The notes beneath the pieces were generated by a model, which was not told the origin of the DNA, made no database searches, and saw nothing but the letters and a program-made list of their open reading frames with translations. Shown piece by piece: positions 1 through 10,336 of a stretch of 64,000 bases of DNA. The stretch is from Antedon mediterranea. Its lineage: Eukaryota > Animalia > Echinodermata. The translations under genes were made by a program, and so were the position numbers. The DNA is taken from NCBI RefSeq assembly GCF_964355755.1, contig NC_092675.1, positions 19,502,912 to 19,566,911 on the forward strand. Direction: 5' to 3'. Every line of letters starts with the position of its first letter. The first letter of the stretch is position 1.

Positions 1-925
1 TTAGTAATTTAACCTTCTTGCTGTTGTCTTTTTCTGATATGTTTCCAGCATTTGAATGCATATCTCTAGCACTCTTATTTCGAACTAATGCATTCTTAGC
101 TTGGAACCTTGTCTTTAAATTATTCCATCTCTTCTTCGAAGATTTTTTCTTTACATTTATTTTTGTATCATTGTTATTGTTGTCATTATTTCTTTCATTT
201 TCTCCATTAAGTTGTTCAATGACTAGTGAGTATTCTTTGCTACCTGGTGACACAGAATCCATACTGCTTCGTCTTAACATATCAAGTTCAGACGCATCAT
301 AATGTTTAGCAGCAAATAAATTATCCATACGTTGGGTGGTATAATCCAACATATTATGTACATCCAAACTTGTATAACATTGTCGTGAACACATACTCAG
401 CCTGGACACTCTGTCCGGTATTTCTATCTCCATTTCCAATGATTTCTGTTGGTTTGTTTCGCGTCTGCTTGTTCCCCAAACCTCTTTTACAGGTTCGTTC
501 TTGTTTTCAGTAGCCACTAAATCTGGTGTCGCCATTGAAGAATCACCGGTGGTAGGCCTGTACATCTTTGATCCTGTTGTAGGCCTACGAGTCCCTTCCG
601 AATTAGAAACAAACAAACAAGTTTCAGGCCAACTTTCGGGATCCTCATATCCTTTAAGAACTCCAACAGTTTTTTGCTTAAATAGGCGACTCCTAACCTT
701 CGTTCGTTTTTGGTGATTACCATCACCGTATTTTCTCGATTTTTTAGATCCACGATCAATATTTTCAGTGCTCGGTACAGTAAACCGTCTAATAAATAGC
801 GGGCTAGGTGTTTTATCTCTACTACTTCTAAATTTTGGCTCTGTGACGGATCGTCGTAGAATTGACGATTTTTTTCGTACGTCAATTTCTTCTACATTTG
901 AAAGATCCTGATCCTTCTCCGCCAT
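1..925 (-). CDS. First coding exon (truncated by window edge) of an unidentified protein, >308 aa open frame
   Basis: ATG at 925 (context gcaATGG) opens a stop-free frame to base 1: MAEKDQDLSNVEEIDVRKKSSILRRSVTEPKFRSSRDKTPSPLFIRRFTVPST...KKRWNNLKTRFQAKNALVRNKSARDMHSNAGNISEKDNSKKVKLL. A frame this long is unlikely by chance in AT-rich DNA. No family motif recognised. Confidence 0.75.
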   Translation of the reverse strand, partial: MAEKDQDLSNVEEIDVRKKSSILRRSVTEPKFRSSRDKTPSPLFIRRFTVPSTENIDRGSKKSRKYGDGNHQKRTKVRSRLFKQKTVGVLKGYEDPESWPETCLFVSNSEGTRRPTTGSKMYRPTTGDSSMATPDLVATENKNEPVKEVWGTSRRETNQQKSLEMEIEIPDRVSRLSMCSRQCYTSLDVHNMLDYTTQRMDNLFAAKHYDASELDMLRRSSMDSVSPGSKEYSLVIEQLNGENERNNDNNNNDTKINVKKKSSKKRWNNLKTRFQAKNALVRNKSARDMHSNAGNISEKDNSKKVKLL

Positions 926-1692
926 TGCACAATTGAATTACACGCTAAGCATTGAAGTGTACATTTATTTCCCTTTTTGAACACTTCAATTTTACTTCAT
1001 AATGCGAGAACAATCACACGATTATGCCCATCATCAATTAACAATTCTCCAATTAAAATCGAACGTCGTAAAATTGTGAATTCATTGTAAGGAAGTGCAT
1101 TTGCGCACTTGCACAGTGATAACATTCAGAAATGATAATGCAGTTCATTGAATTGGCGAAGATGAAACTTTCCAACGTTATTTTTTCTTCGATACGTCTT
1201 TTTACGAGTAGGCTATATAATGGTATGCATTAAAACAACATATGATACCATTACAGTCATATGAATCTTCAATCGTCCAATATTGTACGTTTTTGTGTAA
1301 TATTCTGAATAGATTGGTATTTGCTAAAGCCGGTGGCGAAATTCGATAAGGACTCTTACGCTGTTTACCATAAACAGTTTTCTCAAGCTAGAGTTTATCA
1401 TGAAAAGACTGCAAATGGCAATACATAAAAGAAGAATTGAAAAAATCATCTGAAAAAGAGTGTCAACACAATTTCACCGCCTTCTAAAATGACTTTCTGA
1501 AGCACATAGCGTGACGGAGCGGCGGTGATATTTTTAGTCGATATAGCGCCACCCATTAATTTCGCTTTACAAATTCACCTATCCGTAGTCCGTACTGGCC
1601 TATTAAATGGTATACAGTATAGGCCTACTACTGATTGGTTAACTCCATTATTATTGTCGCATTTGTTATATGTTATTGCCTTGGTCAGGTAA

Positions 1693-2333
1693 TATGGAAC
1701 GCCGTTTACGCAACATTTCGATGATATGAATTTTATGACGCGATATGTGAATGAAATGCATCGATATGAATTAAATGGTGCGATATATGAATGAAATGTT
1801 TTGAATTGAATGCTTTGAATTGAATATTTTGAATGAAATGTTTTGAATGAAATGTTTTGAATGAAATGTTTTAAATGAAATGTTTTGAATGAAATGTTTG
1901 AATTGAATTGATAAGTCAAACTATTGGTGGCGTATGTCATTCTCGCTCGCGATTATTTTCTCAACCTCTTAGGCCTAAGCCTGGGTACCCTCATCTCCTT
2001 TCTTCCACGCTGCCTTTACAGAGAATCCTAACAGACCTGGGTTCGAAAATATGTATTCCAATGTTTCAGGTCTCAATTCAATTCAAACATTTCATTCAAA
2101 ACATTTAATTCAAAACATTTCATTCAAAACATTTCATTCAAAACATTTTATTCAAAACATTCAATTCAAAACATTTCATTCAAAACATTTCATTCAAAAC
2201 ATTCAATTCAAAGCATTCAATTCAAAACATTTCATACATATATCACGCCATTCAATTCATATCGATGCATTTCATTCACATATCGCGTCATAAAATTCAT
2301 ATCATCGAAATGTTGCGTAAACGGCGTTCCATA
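1693..2333. mobile_element. Non-autonomous foldback DNA transposon, IS3EU-like
   Basis: Long terminal inverted repeats starting TATGGAACGCCGTTTACGCAAC and ending GTTGCGTAAACGGCGTTCCATA, with internal TGAAATGTTTTGAA tandem units. 6-bp target duplication AGGTAA at 1687-1692 and 2334-2339. TAY termini plus a 6-bp TSD fit IS3EU. Confidence 0.85.
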
Positions 2334-2779
2334 AGGTAATATTGTATTGCGATAGACGAGCACCAGCTATGTTTCAGAATGAACGTCAGCAAATGCCTAC
2401 GCGAGTTAACTCTCGAATTTCACTCGAAAGGTCTCATCGCGTATTAGTTAGTAAAGTGCTGTACTAATATTTCGTATATATTATTTAATATTTAGTAGGC
2501 ATACTTCCGTTGCTATTGTTTTGATATTGTCATTATCTGTATTTCATTTCCATTAATTTTCCTATTATGACCTTACAAATGCCATTCGGGCATTTAACCA
2601 GCGAGGAATCTGAATTACGGACTTCAGTTATACGCAATTAATCATTAGCAATGTTAAACATGAATTCACATCAAGTCTATATCCACAATACACTGACCTT
2701 TCTATGAATTAACAAGAATATACAAGGGAATTAGGCGCGAGGTTGAATCAGATCTCGAGCGTTTTATTATGCGTCACTT

Positions 2780-2883
2780 AGTCACGTGATTAATTTAGGC
2801 CTATAGGCCTATAACATTATTAATATATTAATAAACGCCGCGGCATGTTGAACTAGAACAATAATAATAATTAGCAGGTAAGT
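2780..2883 (+). promoter_or_regulatory. Candidate promoter and non-coding first exon of the sialyltransferase
   Basis: GTCACGTGA E-box at 2781-2789 and a consensus donor CAG|GTAAGT at 2878. The ATG at 5072 sits 5 nt after a strong acceptor (tttttctacag, 5066), so an upstream non-coding exon is expected. Confidence 0.35.
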
Positions 2884-5071
2884 ACTACTTGATGTGGTTT
2901 TACACATACAACATCATTTGTATTAGTACTAAGGTACAAATGATGCGATCTATGATCGCTGTATGCCTATATTTCAATGAAATTGTTTTATAGAAAAAGT
3001 TAGTCATAGAGTCAGTACACGTATTACTTTAGAGAAATTAGGCCAGTTACAGTGCAGCAGAATACTGGCCTAATACTATTGTAATATTTGCAGTTCTAAA
3101 TTCAGAAAATCTCTTAATGCTCGCCCCTTGATCTAAAAAAAAATCAATACCAGTAACCGTTACAGGTTATAATAGTAATAGCATATAATCTTTGCCAATT
3201 ATTATTCGTATTCAACATAAGCCTAAATAATATTTATTATTTTATTTAAAATCCTATAAAGACGTGACCTGTTAGTTAGACCTGTAGTATAGTTAGAATT
3301 GTCCAATTTATTAATCGTATATGGCAACGACTGTTAGTGTTAGTGTTTGTTACTTGTACAGGATATATCGATTAGTACTAGTAGTAGTAGTCAACTTTGT
3401 TTGACCTTCAGGTCAGACGAATTATATACAGTACTCAGTGTAGACTTTGTTGTTGTTTCAATATTATATCGGTGTAACTTTAAATAATATAAAAATAGAG
3501 GCGAAGATCATACGGTATTATTAATTTTTTTTGTTTCCCCCCTTATGGTCCCGGATATGCGGGTCTAATTTCAGTAATATAATTACTTTATCTGTAGGCT
3601 TATAACCTTTTATTTTGTATAGACTGTACAGTTATTAACGGCCATAGGGAGCCGTAGTATTATGTTGTCATATAAAAGTATAGAACCATCGGCGTTTTAC
3701 ACTCTTTGTTCTACATTTATTGGCGATTTCCTCCCGAAAATAAAACCAATTGATATGGGTTCAAGTTGTTTATACGTTCATATTAATTAATAAATTACCT
3801 ATTATTCATATGTGCTCAGATTAGTGTATTACAAGGATGTTCCCGGTTTCCTGTGTCGCTTTATCAGACACTAGCTGCCATGATATTTAAATTTTGCCAC
3901 GTTTTGCCACACAAACTCAAGCACGTATGTTTACTCTATTATTAAATCATAGGGCTCTGTGATTAAATCTATTACTTTATGTCGTTTCGATCAGGATAGG
4001 GTGAAAGTTCAAATGATGACCTTTACCATAAGCTACTGGAGCAGAGTTGTCGATGCAGCCCTATTTTCACTTTCATATATTCAGAGGTAGACACTGGCTA
4101 AAATACACGGAAAGGGAATGGAAGAAGTTACGTACGGCTTGAGGAATGTGGAAAGGTGGGCCTAGCTATTAAATAAACGGTAATTATGTGGTTAACATGT
4201 TAAAAACTAAGTTTATAACCGTCTTTAGTCGTAATTGTATTGTGTTGAACTTGTGCACGGACAGTATGATAGCGCTGACAAAATCCATGCCATTGATTGG
4301 CTGAACTCACCCTTTCCTACTGTTAACTAAATTACTAAAATGTACGGCCGCTGTTTCTACATTCTTGTTCAAAGTTTATATATTTAAATTGTGTAATTTA
4401 TTGGGAATTCAAAGTTTGACTCAATAATTACGTCGATTTCATATTATTTATTGTTTGTCGATTATCCAATAGATACACTGGAATGTGGCATATTGTAAAA
4501 CAATTGACAATTCACATTTTATATCAACCTGTCCTGTTTGTAAGCTTGTTGTTTTATAAATATTACGTTAAGGTATAATGATCAAAATCCTTCGACATTG
4601 CTAAAATCACTCTCCAATAATGGCGTTTCCGTCAAAACAGTTAGACTTCCTGTCGTACTTATCAGAAAACTGCATGTTTTTGATATTTACTTTGTCAAAA
4701 GGTTTACAACATCTGGTCATGTTCAGTTATGTTGCCTATAGGGAGAAGTTGGATCATAGGTATTGTTAATACAACATGAAAGTTATTAAAGTTATATGTA
4801 AATAAGGCCATGCAGGAGTGATCGATTCGTTTTCTCACTCCCGAAGAAAATAGTCTAGGGGGTCTCGGCGCCCCGACCAAATCGAAGATCTAATGCTCGG
4901 AGACGACTCGTATTTGTTGGTAGTTATTTTATAAACTTAATTTAATCTCCAAATCCCAATGGTTATGGTCACCTGAACTTGTCACTTGATTGCCTTTATT
5001 GATTATAATAAATAATAACTATTAATTAATAATAATTATTTTTCAATTTCTTTATTTTTCTACAGATTGCG

Positions 5072-7821
5072 ATGCGTTTCAGAGCCTTCACGTTTTTTCT
5101 ATCGATAATAATTTTATTGACCGTACTCAATATAATTTTTGTTTACGAGAGCACGAGGAATTCTACCTATGACGTCAAAACGAAACAACATGAACGAATT
5201 TTGGCGGAACATTATGCTGCGTCTAAAGACATCATTCATACATTTTTTAATGATACGCAATTTAGGTCTATACAAAACGACTTCGACGCGTTTATGAGGA
5301 TTGAACAACGCAATAATTCCCTAAATGTGGATGCAGTAGATTACATTCCTGTAGAAAATACAGACATTATTAAATTATCTTTCCAAGACCTTTTCGAGCT
5401 CCTTGTTAATAACACTAATAATAATAATAGTATTAATAGACGCAGGAGAAACCAAACCAGTAATCTAAAACACTTTCCTTTTAAACATAATATGTCAAAG
5501 TCAATACAACCACAGTTTAAAGCAGAAAAGATAAATGTATCTTCCACTGAAAATACATCGTTATCATTGAATGAAACGTATGTTAGAGACCTAATAAAAA
5601 AGACGGTAAAATGGTACCATAATCTGAATCAGGACCAGGTTAGTACGAGTTATTTTAGTATTAATCCAAATGCAAAAGGCGCTTAAATGTTCTCATCTTT
5701 AGCCTACCCAATCCATCCAGGTGGTGCACGAATGCTTTATGTAGTAAATATGTTAAAACTACATTCTGCATAAAATAAAATCCGTCAGTAGTGTTAACCC
5801 GCCACATTTGTCCCGTCAATATTGACATTTCAGTGTTAACCCGCCACATTTGACCCGTCAGTATTGACCTTTCAGTGTTAACCCGCCACATTTGACCCGT
5901 CAATTGACCTTTCAGTGTTAACACGTTAATATTGACCCGTCAGTATTGACCTTTCAGTGTTAACCCGCCACATTTGACTCGCCAGTACTGACCTTTCAGT
6001 GTTAACCTGTCAGTACTTCCCTTTCAATGTTAACCCGCCACATTTGACAGTCAGTATTGACTTTTCAGTGTTAACCCGTCAGATTTTATCCGTCAGCATT
6101 GACCTTTCAGTGTTAACCCGTCAGATTTGACCCGTCGGATTTGACCCGTCAGCTTTCCCGTTCTAGATATTGATTTGAAGTTACGAACATCATGTAATAA
6201 AACTACATTCTAGTTAATCACCTTCTATTGTTCTCCTAAAGGAATACAATCATCATTGCAGAAGTTGTGCTCTCGTGACAAGTTCGGGTCGTCTTTTGAA
6301 TCAAAGTTCTGGATCAGAAATTGATTCCGCTGAATGTGTCATTCGAATGAACGACGCTCCCGTGATCGGATTTGTCAACGATGTCGGAAATCGAACGGAC
6401 ATACGGGTAATGGGTCATCCAAACCTGGCTACTCTAAAAAAGAATCCTGAGAATCTCTTAGAAATATTTCATAAAAGCTCAACAAAAACAAAATTTCTTT
6501 TAGTACCCTGGCTTTACAACACAGATGTGAATAAAACATCAGATAAGTATTATGGAATTTTACGAAACTTAACTCGAATGTTCCCGGATGTAAACATTTA
6601 CGTTCCGTCAAAGGATGCAATGGACGCAGCTGAATCTATCTTCGAATTTGAAATTGGACTCCAAAGGTAAGACACATTCATACTAATACTTTAGAACTTA
6701 CTTTTAATATTCAATTTGTGTTAGTAATTTACCCCATAACTAAATTGTAATGTACCGGTACCCTTAGTCCCGCCTCTTGAAATGATGATCGTCTTTGCTA
6801 ATGCACTGATAGCCATGTTATGACTGGTTGTGCACACTTTAAGCTGATGAACATATCCCAACCAATTACCAGTTCAAAAGAAGTTACTTATGTTTCAAAA
6901 TCTTAACATCAAGTCAGTGATTATAATCTTATATACAATTTATATTAATTCAGGTCTAAAGTGAAGACGTGGTTTACAACAGGTTGGCAGACGATGTTGT
7001 TGTCAATTAGTATCTGTGATAGGATAAAGGTTTATGGTATGCCGCAGGTGTCTCATTGCAGGTAAAGCTTGGTTCTCACTAGCGACGCAACGTAACGCAA
7101 ACGACGCAACGTATAAAAATGCCGTTCTAATAATTGTGTTTGCCCCGCCTGCGTAAAATCAAATCTGCGATTTTTGCAGCATTGTTGCGTCGTCGGTTCC
7201 CACTTGTGATTACGCAATACATCACTTTGCGTCAATACGTTGCTGCGTTGCGTTCTAGTGGGAACCACGCTTAAGAATCACACAACATTAATGAAGCATG
7301 TTACACGTGACACACGTGACATTTATTTGAATATCTGTTAAGTGATGATAATATAATACTTTTTTTACTTTAGTAATTCGTCAGACAGAACGCCCTACCA
7401 TTATTACAATGAGCATGGGAAACGAGAATGTGATTATTACATGAGCAGTGAACGCCGTCTCGATACCGGGCATATATTTCTGACCGAGAAGGCCGTATTT
7501 TCTAGATGGGCTCACAAGTTCAACATTACGTTTCATACCCCAAGTTGGAACATGACATTTAGCGAAAATGGAACACTTGATACACCGTTTATACATGCAT
7601 ACAATCAGGCGCATGACAGAATTAGTAGAATTGATCGAGAACGAAAGGAGTGGCGCGAAAGGATTAGAAAAAGGCGCGAAAGAAATATCAACACTCCTAC
7701 TGAAGAGCCACTTTATTTTCTTTTGTTTTCTGTAACACTTCTTGTGGTTGTTTTAAAAGGATGTGATATTTTAACTTTCATTGTGACATTAATAGTGCCA
7801 GAGTCATGGCAAAACTGGTGA
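5072..7821 (+). CDS. GT29 alpha-2,6-sialyltransferase, ST6GalNAc III/IV/V/VI-like
   Basis: Exons 5072-5638, 6242-6666, 6954-7061, 7374-7821 (GT-AG, 1548 nt, in frame). N-terminal signal anchor; sialylmotif L (CRSCALVTSSGRLL...EIDSAECVIRMNDAPVIGFVNDVGNRT); motif S (TTGWQTMLLSISICDRIKVYGM); motif III (PYHYY); motif VS (HIFLTEKAVF). Confidence 0.92.
5782..6155. repeat. Minisatellite, about 42-nt unit CCGTCAGTATTGACCTTTCAGTGTTAACCCGCCACATTTGAC with degenerate copies, in sialyltransferase intron
   Basis: Directly visible tandem units; explains spurious ORF 5661..5924. Confidence 0.9.
7066..7271. mobile_element. Harbinger-like MITE (family A)
   Basis: TIRs AGCTTGGTTCTCACTAG / CTAGTGGGAACCACGCT; TAA duplicated at 7063-7065 and 7272-7274; related copies at 55765-56090 and remnants near 12660-12750 and 38625-38733. 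Confidence 0.85.
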
Positions 7822-8689
7822 AGCTGTACAGATGCCAACTATCTATCTGGACAAGCGTGACGACAGTTGTTGGAGGAAAGATGTGATAATGAATGGTCAT
7901 TGAAACATTCTTTTATGACGTCAATGTTGTCCAAACTTCCCCAACGAGGAAACAGGTGTTTAATATCGGTCAGCATCTCACTTTTATCTTGGAAATTAAG
8001 AACAGATCCTTCCCTAGATGTTTCTGGTTCAACATTAGCAAGTTAAATTAGTTGCTTTTCTTTATGACAAAAAAATGTAATGTTATGTAAAAAGAGAGGT
8101 TGTATGGTGACATCACGCTAGCGCTAGTATAACAGTATTACGTAATGTACGAATATACCCGAAAGTGGGACATCTCAGTCAGTCGTGCAATGTAGTAATA
8201 CAGTTCATTATAATGTAACGATGTCGGATCGTCATACTTAAAATGTAAGGGGATTGTGTATCAGCAATTCGCCACTGTTTAAACAACGTGTGCTTTAGTA
8301 GTGCAATATCAATATAGGGCAAGTTGTGCTTATTTTAAATGGTGCTATAATAATTGTGATATTGTAATATATAGGCCCCTAAAGACAATCAAAATGTGTT
8401 TTTATGAATTTGTTACAGGGAATGATTTTTAGTGGAGGGGAAAATAATACAAATATTACTTTATAGAATCAGTTGATTTGATTCTAATGCAGTGTTTGGT
8501 CGTAATATAATTTTAGGATTATGATTGATGAATACATTGTCTGAAAGAAATATATAAAATATGCCTGTGGCCTAGTAAACATATTACTTTACAAATGAGT
8601 TGAAATAAAACTCTCAGGGAACTAGATTGTATAGGACATTAAAACGTCTACATCAAAAACATTTGAAAGTTAACATATAAAAGTCGATA

Positions 8690-9560
8690 TTTTTGCCATT
8701 TTTCGGGAAAATAAAACAAAAATAACAATTGTCGGTCCTTTCTGGTTACTATATCATATTTCATAATGTTCTCAGCGCATTTTACCTCAACATGGTTACT
8801 ATATCATATTTCACAATGTGCTCAGCGCATTTTACCTCAACATGGTTACACTATCATATTTCACAATGCGTTCTGCGCATTTTACCTCAACATGGTTACT
8901 ATATCATAATTTAAATCCGCAGAAGCACACAGTGTGTTCTGTGCATGTTACCTTAACATAATACTTTAAGAAGTCAATATTTTCGCCACTTTTCGAACAA
9001 AATTCCCTAGGTCTAGGCCTACTACAGTAGGACAACAGGGACATTTTCTAAAAATGGGCAAATTTCGACATGCGCAGAATTATCTAATGTGTTCTGCGCA
9101 TGTTACCTTAACATATTTTAAAAAGTAAATTTTTCGCCACTTTTCGAAAAATTTCCTGTACAGGGAAATTTTCTAAAAACAGTCAAATTTCGACTCTTTC
9201 ATTTTTTTGACAAAACTCACTGCTTACTATCATATTTGAGATCCATCCGCAGGATCATAATGTGCTCTTCAACATATTGAACTGATTACTATCATAATTG
9301 ACATGCGCAGAATTACAAATGTGTTCTGCCCATGTTTCCTAAAAAATGTAACTGGTTACTAAATTATCATAATCGACATGCGCAGAATCACATAATGTGT
9401 TCTGTGCATGTTCTCCTAACATATTTTAAAAAGCCAATAGTTTCGCCATATTTTTTAAAAAAAGGGAAATTTTCCAAGAATGGCCAAATTTCGACCCTTT
9501 TATGTTTTGACATAACTGGTTACTATTTCATATTTGAGATGCACATAATTATGATATACA
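8690..9560. repeat. Complex tandem repeat: about 50-nt unit x3 at 8743-8910 plus longer diverged units
   Basis: TGGTTACTATATCATATTTCACAATGTGCTCAGCGCATTTTACCTCAACA repeated; related ATGTGTTCTGTGCATGTTACCTTAACATA and TTTTCGCCACTTTTCGAA blocks recur downstream. Confidence 0.8.
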
Positions 9561-10336
9561 GTAGTAACCATGGTAGTAACCAATCAAAATGTACCGAGAT
9601 TTTTTCAATAGCCAAAATATGGTCCTTATAAAATTAGTTTTTTTCTAAATTCAATTATTATCACTCAAAATTCAATTCAATTGAAAACGATTCACAGTCA
9701 TCATCTGGAATAGCAGACACATTACATATTTATTACACAAATAATAGATTTTGTTTTTTGACAGACATTGTTATTCCATAATAGAAAGACTAATAAACTT
9801 TAAAAGCTTTGTCTTTGAAAACAATCTGCATAGAAAACACAAGTACAGTACTATTTCAAGTTGAATGTTGTTTCTTTTTTAAGCTTATAAATAAAGTATA
9901 TAAAATAGAGCCACTATCGACAGATGAATACAAATAAACCTATTTAAACAAATTGTGCTTTTTATAATATTTAAATAATAAAAAGACCACTTATAGAATG
10001 TAATATAATGGTTGCATATATAAATATATTTAAATAAAATGTGACATGCTCTGGTCATAAAATTATATTCAATGGTTGCATATTATACAAAACATACAAA
10101 AAACAAAATTCTAAATATAAGTATCCATAATGAATATAAGTTCAACAGATCTTTTTTACTAATAATATTTCAGTCCATTTTGGCCTCATTTGATGTTCAA
10201 CAATTCAATTTGTTTTGGAAAATTAATATATCTGACAGATTATACATACTAGATACAAATGAAGTACATGAAAACAATAAGGTGCCAATTGGGTACACTA
10301 ATTTCAGAGTTATTCATTCAAGGCAATTAATTCGAT

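Noticed and set aside
517-885. 122-aa minus-strand ORF and plus-strand ORFs 18..302 and 501..716
   Set aside because: Alternative-frame or antisense shadows of the longer ATG-925 frame.
1575-2293. ORFs with FKTFHSKHFIQNI repeats
   Set aside because: Translations of the tandem units in the foldback transposon TIRs.
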